A DNA stretch of 64,000 nucleotides from Macrostomum lignano (GCA_002269645.1 NIVC01002517.1:1-64000); one strand, 5' to 3'. Positions 32,601 to 46,079 are shown, numbered from the stretch's first letter. Program-made: numbers and translations. Notes: generated from the sequence alone by a model not told the origin.

Positions 32601-34607
32601 ACAGATACAGTATCTGAAATGGAAGACAGTACCAGACACATCACCCACTGCTTTTGAAATCGCAACCGATTTCTCATCCAGATATCGTGTTTAGAAGTCC
32701 ATGGCCCAATCCAAACGCGCGTCAAAAACTTGGCTTTGATGAATCATCGACGGCCCCAGGCTGCACCCTGGCCTCATCCGCCAAGCAGGGAGACTGGGGA
32801 TTATCTATGTGATCCCCACTTTATCTGCATCTCCTACCTTCCTCCCTAATACCCCGCCAGCGCGAGCGCCTGAACTTTTAAACACTTTTCCCAGATCCAA
32901 TTATTGACTTCGGAACCTCGGGTTCGAAGGAGGGCTTGTAAATATTGGGCTAAGAACTGGGCCTCCTGTACTTTTACTGACGGAGCCTTACACACCCTGC
33001 CGGCTTCCAATCCTTCCATTGCAGGCGGAGGAACACGGCTGCCCAGTGCCTGCAGCACGCCTGGCTGAAGGTAAAAAGCTGCTGAATGCGATGCCGCCAT
33101 CAGACCAAATAGTTTTCATTACCGTTTACCAGTGCGCTGGATTAGCGTAGCCCGTTCTATCACCGTTGGCTGCTGTGCCCCGTTTGGCATTACCAACCTG
33201 CACTGTACACTTTTCTCTGGTGCTTCGAATCTGTATTGATTCTCTGTGATTATCTATTGATTATATATGATTATCTCTGGTTATCTATGATTATCTATTG
33301 ATTAATCTCTGGTTATCTATGATTATCTATTGATTATCTATGAGTATCTAATGATTCTTTATTGATTCTTTATTGATTTTTTATTCTTTATCTACCATCT
33401 GCTTTTATATGGATCTAACTCGCTTTCGTCTCCTCTCATCCCTTCATCTCTCCTCTCATCCCTTCATCTCTCCTCTCATCCCTTCATCTCTCCACTCATC
33501 CCTTCATCTCTCCTCTCATCCCTTCATCTCTCATCTCATCCCTTCATCTCTCCACTCATCCCTTCATCTCTCCACTCATCCCTTCATCTCTCCACTCATC
33601 CCTTCATCTCTCCTCTCATCCCTTCATCTCTCCTCTCATCCCTTCATCTCTCCTCTCATCCCTTCATCTCTCCACTCATCCCTTCATCTCTCCACTCATC
33701 CCTTCATCTCTCCTCTCATCCCTTCATCTCTCCACTCATCCCTTCATCTCTCCACTCATCCCTTCATCTCTCCTCTCATCCCTTCATCTCTCCACTCATC
33801 CCTTCATCTCTCATCTCATCCCTTCATCTCTCCACTCATCCCTTCATCTCTCCACTCATCCCTTCATCTCTCCACTCATCCCTTCATCTCTCCACTCATC
33901 CCTTCATCTCTCCTCTCATCCCTTCATCTCTCCACTCATCCCTTCATCTCTCCACTCATCCCTTCATCTCTCCTCTCATCCCTTCATCTCTCCACTCATC
34001 CCTTCATCTCTCCACTCATCCCTTCATCTCTCCACTCATCCCTTCATCTCTCCTCTCATCCCTTCATCTCTCCACTTATATCTTTATTTCTTTGCTTGTC
34101 CCTTAATCTCTCCATTTTTCCTTGATCTTTTCGCTCCACTATTCGTCTTCGCCCATCAATTCATTTTATTTGTTTATTAAACTCTGGATCTTTGATCCTT
34201 CATTACCTATAATCTCTTCAGCTCTGTTCTCACCTTTCATTTCTAATATTTTTCTTTATCTTCGCTCGCAGATATTAGAGAAAATACATAGACTATTGAT
34301 GAAAAAACTCATCAGAATTACTCACCCAAGTTTACTGTCAGTAGGCCGAAAGCGTATAATTTATAATTTTATTATCCATCCCCAGAATCCGAAAAAGTCC
34401 ACCAGGACCGGCCACGTGTGCAAGCGGCGCCTAAAGAGCTGGGTTTACCGGCGGAAGTGGCACGTGAGTCGGCCTCGCTATCTGCTTCAATATCTGCGTA
34501 TTCGAGCAGTCTGGTGTGTCAAAAATTTAAATTAAATCTTACTAACATTTCAGAAGGCCGTCTTTGCCATCGTGGCGCTGATTCGAATGGGCGGCTCCTT
34601 CGACTGA
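26677..34607 (+). CDS. MYLK: Myosin light chain kinase-like Ca/calmodulin-regulated Ser/Thr kinase, 340 aa. Exons 26677-26731, 27211-27307, 27990-28193, 28433-28574, 29071-29264, 30617-30769, 33025-33070, 34386-34463, 34554-34607
   Basis: Kinase motifs IGSGRFGEV, FAAKY, EIAIMKRLKHPRLLQLYDA, GGELFDRV, HLDLKPENILC, IKIIDFGL, VMFGTPEFVSPEV, DMWSVGVICYVLLSGLSPFMG and ISTEAKDFV. CaM-binding tail RRKWHKAVFAIVALIRM. Exon lengths sum to 1023 nt = 341 codons with all phases matching. Confidence 0.9.
26968..27073. other. ~105-bp imperfect palindrome/hairpin in MLCK intron 1
   Basis: AAAACCCCGGGGTTAAGGCCATAGAC pairs with GTCTATGGCCTGAAACCCGAGGTTTT; inner CTGCTGCT pairs with AGCAGCAG. Confidence 0.7.
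27560..27900. repeat. ~19-20-bp C/A-rich minisatellite (CCCACCACCCCAAATAAAA)n, MLCK intron 2
   Basis: Imperfect direct periodicity. Confidence 0.88.
28381..28432. repeat. 12-bp repeat (ACCTTTTATAAT)x4 ending in the splice acceptor of MLCK exon 4
   Basis: The last unit runs into ACAG, with the AG at 28431-28432. Confidence 0.85.
28670..29045. repeat. Degenerate repeat built on ATCTAGATGGATTAG, MLCK intron 4
   Basis: The motif recurs about 8 times with variable spacers. Confidence 0.7.
29305..30305. repeat. 20-bp minisatellite (GAGTGACAAGTGTGTCGATG)n, MLCK intron 5
   Basis: Direct periodicity. Confidence 0.95.
30905..31205. repeat. 13-bp purine-rich minisatellite (GGAGAGTGGGGTA)n, MLCK intron 6
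   Basis: Direct periodicity; GGGG runs. Confidence 0.92.
31625..32560. repeat. 47-53-bp minisatellite (GGAACTCTAGAGACAGTATCTGGGGTATAGAGACACCAGCTGAGGCCAT)n, MLCK intron 6
   Basis: Direct periodicity with length variants. Confidence 0.94.
33425..34075. repeat. 20-bp pyrimidine-rich minisatellite (CCTTCATCTCTCCACTCATC)n, MLCK intron 7
   Basis: Exact 20-bp periodicity, ~32 copies. Confidence 0.96.
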
Positions 34608-34741
34608 CCGCCGAGTTGCTTCGTCATGACCGAGCCACTAAGAGCTGTCTGTCTGCTGAAACTCATTGCTTTCTTGGGCTTTGCTTTTGGCTCGAAACAA
34701 TGGACAAGTATCGGGCATGTTTGATTAGATTATAATGTTTA

Positions 34742-37395
34742 ATGGCTGATTAGAATGGATTGCTAATCTAGCCAATAATCGCATATGGCTGATTAGAATG
34801 GATTGCTAATCTAGTCAATCATCGCATATGGCTGATTAGAATGGATTGCTAATCTAGCCAATAATCGCATATGGCTGATTAGAATGGATTGCTAATCTAG
34901 TCAATCATCGCATATGGCTGATTAGAATGGATTGCTAATCTAGTCAATCATCGCGTATGGATGATTAGAATGGATTGCTAATCTAGTCAATCATCGCGTA
35001 TGGCTGATTAGAATGGATTGCTAATCTAGTCAATCATCGCGTATGGCTGATTAGAATGGATTGCTAATCTAGTCAATCATCGCGTATGGCTGATTAGAAT
35101 GGATTGCTAATCTAGCCAATCATCGCGTATGGATGATTAGAATGGATTGCTAATCTAGTCAATCATCGCGTATGGATGATTAGAATGGATTGCTAATCTA
35201 GTCAATCATCGCGTATGGATGATTAGAATGGATTACTAATCTAGTCAATCATCGCGTATGGCTGATTAGAATGGATTGCTAATCTAGTCAACCATCGCAT
35301 ATGGCTGATTAGAATGGATTACTAATCTAGTCAATCATAATGTATGGATGATTAGAATGGATTGCTTATCTAGTCAATCATCGCATATGGCTTATTAGAA
35401 TGGATTACTAATCTAGTCAATCATAATGTATGGATGATTAGAATGGATTGCTAATCTAGTCAATCATCGCGTATGGCTGATTAGAATGGATTGCTAATCT
35501 AGTCAATCATCGCGTATGGATGATTAGAATGGATTGCTAATCTAGTCAATCATCGCGTATGGATGATTAGAATGGATTGCTAATCTAGTCAATCATCGCG
35601 TATGGATGATTAGAATGGATTGCTAATCTAGCCAATCATCGCGTATGGCTGATTAGAATGGATTGCTAATCTAGTCAATCATCGCGTATGGATGATTAGA
35701 ATGGATTGCTAATCTAGCCAATCATCGCATATGGCTGATTAGAATGGATTGCTAATCTAGCCAATCATCGCGTATGGATGATTAGAATGGATTGCTAATC
35801 TAGCCAATCATCGCGTATGGATGATTAGAATGGATTGCTAATCTAGCCAATCATCGCGTATGGATGATTAGAATGGATTGCTAATCTAGTCAATCATCGC
35901 GTATGGATGATTAGAATGGATTGCTAATCTAGTCAATCATCGCGTATGGATGATTAGAATGGATTACTAATCTAGTCAATCATTGCGTATGGCTGATTAG
36001 AATGGATTGCTAATCTAGTCAACCATCGCATATGGCTGATTAGAATGGATTACTAATCTAGTCAATCATAATGTATGGATGATTAGAATGGATTGCTAAT
36101 CTAGTCAATCATCGCGTATGGCTGATTAGAATGGATTGCTAATCTAGTCAATCATCGCGTATGAATGATTAGAATGGATTGCTAATCTAGTCAATCATCG
36201 CGTATGGATGATTAGAATGGATTGCTAATCTAGCCAATCATCGCGTATGGCTGATTAGAATGGATTGCTAATCTAGTCAATCATCGCGTATGGATGATTA
36301 GAATGGATTGCTAATCTAGCCAATCATCGCGTATGGCTGATTAGAATGGATTGCTAATCTAGTCAATCATCGCGTATGGCTGATTAGAATGGATTGCTAA
36401 TCTAGTCAATAATCGCATATGGCTGATTAGAATGGATTACTAATCTAGTCAATCATCGCGTATGGATGATTAGAATGGATTGCTAATCTAGCCAATCATC
36501 GCATATGGCTGATTAGAATGGATTGCTAATCTAGCCAATCATCGCGTATGGCTGATTAGAATGGATTGCTAATCTAGTCAATCATCGCGTATGGATGATT
36601 AGAATGGATTGCTAATCTAGCCAATCATCGCGTATGGCTGATTAGAATGGATTGCTAATCTAGTCAATCATCGCGTATGGCTGATTAGAATGGATTGCTA
36701 ATCTAGTCAATAATCGCATATGGCTGATTAGAATGGATTGCTAATCTAGTCAATCATCGCGTATGGATGATTAGAATGGATTGCTAATCTAGCCAATCAT
36801 CGCATATGGCTGATTAGAATGGATTGCTAATCTAGTCAATCATCGCGTATGGATGATTAGAATGGATTGCTAATCTAGTCAATCATCGCGTATGGATGAT
36901 TAGAATGGATTGCTAATCTAGCCAATCATCGCATATGGCTGATTAGAATGGATTGCTAATCTAGTCAATCATCGCGTATGGATGATTAGAATGGATTGCT
37001 AATCTAGTCAATCATCGCGTATGGATGATTAGAATGGATTGCTAATCTAGTCAATCATCGCATATGGCTGATTAGAATGGATTGCTAATCTAGTCAATCA
37101 TCGCGTATGGATGATTAGAATGGATTGCTAATCTAGTCAATCATCGCGTATGGATGATTAGAATGGATTACTAATCTAGCCAATCATCGCGTATGGATGA
37201 TTAGAATGGATTACTAATCTAGTCAATCATCGCGTATGGCTGATTAGAATGGATTGCTAATCTAGTCAATCATCGCGTATGGATGATTAGAATGGATTGC
37301 TAATCTAGTCAATCATCGCGTATGGATGATTAGAATGGATTGCTAATCTAGTCAATCATCGCATATGGCTGATTAGAATGGATTGCTAATCTAGC
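34742..37395. repeat. 43-bp minisatellite (ATTAGAATGGATTGCTAATCTAGTCAATCATCGCGTATGGATG)n, ~62 copies, starting ~135 bp after the MLCK stop
   Basis: Period of 43 bp measured (34921 to 34964); internal GATTAG/CTAATC inverted repeat. Confidence 0.97.
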
Positions 37396-37857
37396 ATGCA
37401 TTGATTAAATGTTATGCATGATCTATCTATTGGTAATAAATCGAAACTTGTTCCAAAAATACCTTGAAAGATAATTGAACTAATTATTAATTTTTATGAT
37501 TAATTTGCATATCTGTTTGCGTAGTCAATGTTTCATTGGATTATATATATGCATATATTCAACCTTTTTAATATGACATTTAATTTTGTACTCTAGCACA
37601 ATTCAAACACTCACCCAATGCTTATTCGAACTATTAATTAATTATTAATTATTTATATGAAGTTGCTCCTATATGTCTTGGATTTTTGCTTTGCATATTT
37701 TCATTGCACAATAAATCCACGCAGCTGCTGTCCAACTACTATTTGAGTAGCTTGCACAGCTTTAAGAATATTTGTGCTTCTTCCTGTCCTGTCAGGAGTG
37801 CAAGAGCGTCCTTTAGTACTGTTAGTAGATTGATTAGTTTCTTTAGTAGCTGAGTAA

Positions 37858-38545
<688 letters not shown>

Positions 38546-39169
38546 GTGCATGTAAACAATGAGGCAAGCTCTTCATCACACTGGGCCTCGTCAAGTACAC
38601 CTTATCAATAGTTAAGGCGGTCAGACCGGCATCAGGTGTGCAAAAATTCCCTCATAAAGCAGCACTTCATCATCTCAGCTGTCTGCATCTTTCCCCTAGC
38701 GCAGAGGAGCTGACCAGAGAGAAAGCAGAAGTGTGCTGCAGCAATCCAGGAAGGCTAATTGGATTCCGCGGGGCTGCAGGGAAACGGCAAACAATAATGA
38801 TGAGATGAGGGCAGGGTAGGCGCAATTTGTTCGACCGGTCAGGCCAGGGAATTGATACCGCTAAGAGTCTATCTGGTCTCTCTGCCCGAATGCGATTGCG
38901 TCATCAAATTCGTGTTTGCCTCCTCGGCTTGGATTGGGGATAATTGGTGCGCTTCTTCTTCCCATATCCGTCTCTGGGGATGCATGCTCTCTCTCTCCCC
39001 CCTCTCTCTCTCCCTCTCTCTCTCTCCCCTCGCTGCCACTTGTTGTCAAGCTAACTATCAATGGTGAGACACAGTGAAATTAAGTTTCTGGATGCTAAAG
39101 TCAAAATTAGTACATACTGCAGTATTATATTAGCGATTTAGCATTTTGGGGAGTCATGTTGGATGAGAG

Positions 39170-40255
39170 CCATTGTTCGAATGTGAAAGTGCCATTAAGG
39201 ATGTGAAAGTGCCATTTAGGATGTGAAAGTGCCATTTCAGATGTGAAAGTGCCATTTAGGATGTGAAAGTGCCATTTCGGATGTGAAAGTGCCATTTGGA
39301 TGTGAAAGTGCCATTTCGCATGTGAAAGTGCCATTTAGGATGTGAAAGTGCCATTTCGCATGTGAAAGTGCCATTTGGATGTGAAAGTGCCATTTCGCAT
39401 GTGAAAGTGCCATTTAGGATGTGAAAGTGCCATTTCGCATGTGAAAGTGCCATTTAGGATGTGAAAGTGCCATTTCGCATGTGAAAGTGCCATTTAGGAT
39501 GTGAAAGTGCCATTAAGGATGTGAAAGTGCCATTTCGGATGTGATAGTGCCATTTAGGATGTGAAAGTGCCATTTGGATGTGAAAGTGCCATTTAGGATG
39601 TGAAAGTGCCATTTCGGATGTGAAAGTGCCATTTCGGATGTGAAAGTGCCATTTGGATGTGAAAGTGCCATTTCGGATGTGAAAGTGCCATTTCGCATGT
39701 GAAAGTGCCATTTAGGATGTGAAAGTGCCATTAAGGATGTGATAGTGCCATTTAGGATGTGAAAGTGCCATTTAGGATGTGATAGTGCCATTTAGGATGT
39801 GATAGTGCCATTTAGGATGTGATAGTGCCATTTAGGATGTGAAAGTGCCATTTAGGATGTGATAGTGCCATTTAGGATATGAAAGTGCCATTTAGGATGT
39901 GATAGTGCCATTTAGGATGTGAAAGTGCCATTTCAGATTGAAAGTGCCATTTCGGATGTGAAAGTGCCATTTGGATGTGAAAGTGCCATTTCGGATGTGA
40001 AAGTGCCATTTCGCATGTGAAAGTGCCATTTAGGATGTGAAAGTGCCATTAAGGATGTGATAGTGCCATTTAGGATGTGAAAGTGCCATTTAGGATGTGA
40101 TAGTGCCATTTAGGATGTGATAGTGCCATTTAGGATGTGAAAGTGCCATTTAGGATATGAAAGTGCCATTTAGGATGTGATAGTGCCATTTAGGATGTGA
40201 TAGTGCCATTTAGGATGTGAAAGTGCCATTTCAGATTCGAAAGTGCCATTTCGAC
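39170..40255. repeat. 19-20-bp minisatellite (GATGTGAAAGTGCCATTTAG)n
   Basis: Direct periodicity. Confidence 0.96.
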
Positions 40256-40849
40256 CTACAGCCGGGGTTGAAGCAAAATAAACTGACAATTCTTTCTACA
40301 ATTTTTTCAAGCAGCAAAGACAGAACTGCTGGTCGGAAAAGTTCACGCAGCAGTTTATAGCCTCACAAAATCGAGTTGCTAAGCTGATGGGGAAATTCTC
40401 CCGCTTCGCTAATTACATAGCATGTCAGCTGGCTCCGGTCTCGCACCTTCGTCGAATATATCCTCTTCAGGGCTTGTGCGCTTCTTCCGCATGCAGCAGA
40501 TTTGGGATTCTCGTGTCTTGGGCCGGGATCAGCGGTTGCTAAGGGGGGCTGGCTGAGGGGCACCTGACGCTCCCAATGGGTCGGCGATAGGCGAACTTCT
40601 GCGGGGACTTCCGCGACCTCGCAGTCTGTGACTCATCAAAAACGGTTTCAGAAAGTTTGGATGAGAGAGAAGGCAACCTGCCGCGGGAGAAGATGAGAGG
40701 CAGGCAGCTTAGCAATGCTGTTTCTTTTAACTTGCTCCATCCTCTTCTGCTTCCCCTAGAAGACAGCAACTGCTGAAGATAACTTTGTAGACGAAGAACA
40801 CCAAGTCTCTGTCAAGAGAAGAGCTTCTTTTTCTGGTGATGTGAATTTT

Positions 40850-41145
40850 TGCGCTTGTGTCATTGCGTAAAAACTGCGCGCTTGTGTCATTGAGTAAATT
40901 GCGCGCTTGTGTCATTGAGTAAACTGCGCGCTTGTGTCATCGAGTAAACTGCGCGCTTGTGTCATTGAGTAAACTGCGCGCTTGTGTCATTGAGTAAACT
41001 GCGCGCTTGTATCATTGAGTAAACTGCGCGCTTGTGTCATTGAGTAAACTGCGCGCTTGTATCATTGAGTAAACTGCGCGCTTGTGTCATCGAGTAAACT
41101 GCGCGCTTGTGTCATCGAGTAAAAACTGCGCGCTTGTGTCACGCG
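40850..41145. repeat. 25-bp minisatellite (TTGTGTCATTGAGTAAACTGCGCGC)n
   Basis: Period of 25 bp. Confidence 0.94.
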
Positions 41146-42074
41146 CATTCACCCCCTACACATGTATGCCACAGTGCAAGTATCAGCCGCATGGTAACCT
41201 GGCATAAGATTTTATTAGTTCCTCGGGACGGGCCGGCGGCTGCTACAATCGGGATGAGTCATCAATCCGGCGCTGAGTTTCGAGCTGAGTTTGAGGGGTG
41301 ACTCACTGGAGCGCCGGGGCGAGAGAGAGAGAGAGCGAAATTACGGATTAACCGGTCGTCGCGGGATTAGCAATGCATGTAAATGAAATTACTGGACTAT
41401 AAATTACAGCAGCGCATTGGGGAACGGCGATTCGGGAGGGAAGATGAGGCGGAGAGGCTGAGGAGCAATTGAAGGCCGCGCGGGGCGATGCAGATGGGGA
41501 GAATTCTGGCATACATGTACAGGAGCGAAGGCGCCGCTGCCCGAGCTAAGAAAATGACGCAATCAAAAACTTCATTCTGCAATCTCAATTGGAGTCTGGG
41601 GGAGGCCGCAACAAGCTACTAGGGAATTTCGGGGATTCTAATTTGGTGTCTGGGGATCAAAAAGAGAGGCAGATCGCTGGCGGACTCATGAGTTTCTTAG
41701 CTCAAAAATATTTCAGCCTCCGAGAGACCATGCCGCATCCCTTCTCTCCAGTTTTCCCATTTTTCTCTCGCCGTCGCTTTTATCCACCCTCGGGGATTAT
41801 TTAAGGTCCCGCCGCCGCTCTCCTCCCCTTCGCCCCAGTTCCTTGGCAGCGAGCAGTACTCGCTGAGTCACCTCCCGCCTCTCCGAGATGCAAATTTTTT
41901 GTTTGCAGCTTCTCAAACCGGCAGTCCTTTTGAAGACTGTCATGGCAAAGAGGCATAGCGGGCCTCGCGCCTGCTAGACTGATGTGAAAACCAGGGCTTG
42001 AAAGCGCCAAGTCGGAAAAAGGAAAAGCACCACCGGTACTATGAAAACACAGAACTTGAAAAAGTTGCTTTTAC

Positions 42075-42960
42075 AAGCTCGAATTACCACAAGCTAGAAT
42101 TACAACAAGCTAGAACTACAACAAGCTAGAATTACAACAAGCTAGAATTACAACAAGCTAGAATTACAACAAGCCAGACTTACAACAAGCTAGACTTACA
42201 ACAAGCTAGAATTACAACAAGCTACAATTACAACAAGCTAGACTTACAACAAGCTAGAATTACAACAAGCTAGAATTACAACAAGCTAGAATTACAACAA
42301 GCTAGAATTACAACAAGTCAGACTTACAACAAGCTAGACTTACAACAAGCTAGAATTACAACAAGCTAGAATTACAACAAGCTAGAATTACAACAAGCTA
42401 GAATTACAACAAGCTAGAATTACAACAAGCTAGAATTACAACAAGCTAGAATTACAACAAGCTAGAATTACAACAAGCTAGAATTACAACAAGTCAGACT
42501 TACAACAAGCTAGACTTACAACAAGCTAGAATTACAACAAGCTACAATTACAACAAGCTAGACTTACAACAAGCTAGAATTACAACAAGCTAGAACTACA
42601 ACAAGCTAGAATTACAACAAGCTAGAATTACAACAAGCTAGAATTACAACAAGCTAGAATTACAACAAGCTAGAATTACAACAAGTCAGACTTACAACAA
42701 GCTAGACTTACAACAAGCTAGAATTACAACAAGCTACAATTACAACAAGCTAGACTTACAACAAGCTAGAATTACAACAAGCTAGAATTACAACAAGCTA
42801 GACTTACAACAAGCTAGAATTACAACAAGTCAGACTTACAACAAGCTAGACTTACAACAAGCTAGAATTACAACAAGCTACAATTACAACAAGCTAGACT
42901 TACAACAAGCTAGAATTACAACAAGCTAGAACTACAACAAGCTAGAACTACAACAAGCTC
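42075..42960. repeat. 16-bp minisatellite (CTAGAATTACAACAAG)n
   Basis: Period of 16 bp. Confidence 0.96.
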
Positions 42961-43559
42961 AAAATCAGGTGATAGTTCAACTGATGAAGTGAAATTTGGC
43001 CTTCAAGTGGTCCTTGGGAATCGTTTTCTAGTCCGATTTTCCACGATTTTTACCACGGAATAGCCGCGGTTTTCCCGCGAAAAATCCTTATAATATTGTC
43101 TATGGCTGGCTATTTCCTCCTGTCCCTCCAATCAGAAAGGGCTTTGAGTTGAGAGGGTGCTACCAATGGCCCTTAGAAAATGATGGACGCCTGAGTTTAT
43201 GCGCTGGCAGTTCCTTAGCCTCGAACACAAAGAAATTATCCCATATTCCCACTGTTCAATGGCCATTTAGTGCTGCAGTTGCTGTTACGTAAGCCATGCG
43301 CAACGCTTTGGGTCCAAGCCGGCCTTGACCTGACCGAGGTTCATCGAACCGCAAACACTGCCCTGCTGCCCTGGATTGGGAGATAGGAATAGGGATTATT
43401 GAAGACCAAAAGCTGCGGCTGAAGATGGACGGCCAGACTTGGTGCAACACTTAACTAATGGATGAGGAGGAGCCGTGTTGCTTTAAAGCTGCCCCATCAC
43501 CTGCCAGGGATAGTAAATTAATAATTGATTGAAGTGGTGGTAAAATATGAGTTGGAAAA

Positions 43560-44392
43560 TAGAATGGATTGCTAATCTAGCCAACATCAATATGAAGATA
43601 TATAATGGATTGCTAATCTAGCCAACATCAATATGAAGATATAAAATGGATTGCTAATCTAGCCAACATCAATATGAAGATATAAAATGGATTGCTAATC
43701 TAGCCAACATCAATATGAAGATATAAAATGGATTGCTAATCTAGCCAACGTCAATATGAAGCTATGGAATGGATTGCTAATCTAGCCAACATCAATATGA
43801 AGATATAGAATGGATTGCCAATCTAGCCAACATCAATTTGAAGCTATGGAATGGATTGCTAATCTAGCCAACGTCAATATGAAGCTATGGAATGGATTGC
43901 TAATCTAGCCAACATCAATATGAAGATATAGAATGGATTGCTAATCTAGCCAACATCAAAATGAAGCTATAGAATGGATTGCTAATCTAGCCAACATCAA
44001 TATGAAGATATAGAATGGATTGCTAATCTAGCCAACATCAAAATGAAGCTATAGAATGGATTGCTAATCTAGCCAACATCAATATGAAGATATAAAATGG
44101 ATTGCTAATCTAGCCAACATCAATATGAAGATATAGAATGGATTGCTAATCTAGCCAACATCAATATGAAGCTATGGAATGGATTGCTAATCTAGCCAAC
44201 ATCAATATGAAGCTATGGAATGGATTGCTAATCTAGCCAACATCAATATGAAGCTATGGAATGGATTGCTAATCTAGCCAACATCAATATGAAGCTATGG
44301 AATGGATTGCTAATCTAGCCAACATCAATATGAAGCTATGGAATGGATTGCTAATCTAGCCAACATCAATATGAAGATATAAAATGGATTGC
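43560..44392. repeat. 41-bp minisatellite (TAGAATGGATTGCTAATCTAGCCAACATCAATATGAAGATA)n, ~20 copies
   Basis: Direct periodicity; shares its core with the 43-bp array. Confidence 0.96.
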
Positions 44393-45024
44393 AAATCTGC
44401 TGACCTCACAGCTTTACATGTAAATAAAAGGTATCTAAATTTGGGAAACTCCTCGTTGAAGTTTCACCGCAACTGTTTGCAAAGCTCGTGCCGCACACGA
44501 TCAACAAAAACTGCTGCGCATCCATGCTTTCGGATCTGCTTTCAAAGAAAACGCAAAGCAGAAAAATTCTGCCCTCGTATTTCGCGTGGGTGTCCGACGG
44601 AGTCAACTCCTCCACCAGCCACCGCTCCCGGTGAAATCTTCTGCTTCAGCCCTCTGCACTTGCTAATTCCATTACTGACACGCTGGGCTGCGCAAAGGCA
44701 GGTCATTAGTCGGTCGGAGGTTTTCGGGTCTGCATTTTCCTAGAAACAGCTATGCTAGAAAAGAAATAATGCAGTGTAGAGGATGGCGGAGCCACTTTGT
44801 GCATCGCTGGCCGCCTACACAGCTGATGCTTCAGCATACGCGAGCTATTCTACACCAGATGTTGCAGTCAAGAATTTGTCTATTCTAACGGTTTTAATAG
44901 ATCTTCACTCATGGTCACGAGCTCGAAACCTTCAGTTCATTCTGGCGCCATCATGCAGACTGATGTCAATCTAAACTGTCGAAAATATCGTCGAAATTTA
45001 GAGGTGCTAACTTTGAAAGCCTTG

Positions 45025-45175
45025 AAGCTATTGCTGTTCGATCCAAGGACTGGGGGTCGCCACACACACCCTTAATTACCCCAGCTAATGCTGGCAATTG
45101 TTCCAGTCGAATCGGGAATCGAACCCCGACCTTCAAGCCGGAAGTCCGACACTCTAACCACTAGGCTACAAGCCC
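45025..45175 (-). mobile_element. SINE family A copy lacking the CORE segment
   Basis: Reverse complement reads GGGCTTGTAGCCTAGTGGTTAG..GGGGTTCGATTCC..GGAACAATTGCCAGCATTAGCTGGGGTAATT..GTGGCGACCCCCAGTCCTTGGA, aligning with 2733-2935 minus the CORE. Confidence 0.8.
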
Positions 45176-46079
45176 ATTGAGGCGCCAAAAAGACGTCAGA
45201 GAATCAATCAGAATTATATTCGTTTCCATGACAACCCCTAAGCGTGCTGGGTTAACCTGGGCTATTCACGAAGCCCTATTAGACTCTGTTGACCATTAAG
45301 TTCGCGCGAGCTCCCATTGGCTGATGTGGGCGCAGCAGTGCTTGGCACGGCATGGATGGCTGCCTGCACTGCAGGCTTGCGTGGGCCTCAAGCAGCCCCC
45401 ACCGCCGCCATCTTTTATCTTTAAAACGGCGGAGCGGGCAGGCCGGCTTTATACAAGAAGGAGCGGCTTATCTGAAGGCTGAGGCAATACGCGATAAAAT
45501 GCTGCACCAGCAGCAGCAGAAGCAGCCACACATGCTGGAGACCTGAATGAGGCGTCTTAGCATCATTTAGCCTACTAGCTACTGATCTGAAAGACACTAG
45601 AGCCAGCTCCCGTGTCTACAGGCGCGCGCGCAAGGAGGCGGAGCAGGAACAGACACGTTGGAGTCGGGTAGGTGTACATATGCCACAAAATGTCAAGCCA
45701 ACTGTTTGGTTAATTAATGTTGCAGCAATCCGTCTGGACTAGCTAGGTAGATAGGATAGATAGACAGCTCTCCGTCAGTTTGCCGTGAACTCGGGATAGA
45801 GTGAGAGTGGCTGCTTACCGTACCCTGTGGCAACTTCATTATGCAGGAATATCCTTAGCTCGTATTCGGAGTAGAGTCGGAGATGGCGGCAATCAGTCTG
45901 AGCTGTCCGACTGTCGCGTGTGCAGCGATGGAGAGCGGAGAGACAGGAGAGAGAAATCAGGCAGAGAAAGGCGGTGATGAAGACAGATGATACTGGGAAG
46001 TGGATAGCGTGCCAAGTAAAGACTTTCATCACCGGATCTAGACACTGGCACTTTATGACTGACTGTGTGCTACTATGTG

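Noticed and set aside
34742-37395. CRISPR-like appearance of the 43-bp and 41-bp arrays
   Set aside because: Spacers are repeated rather than unique, there are no cas genes, and the context is eukaryotic.
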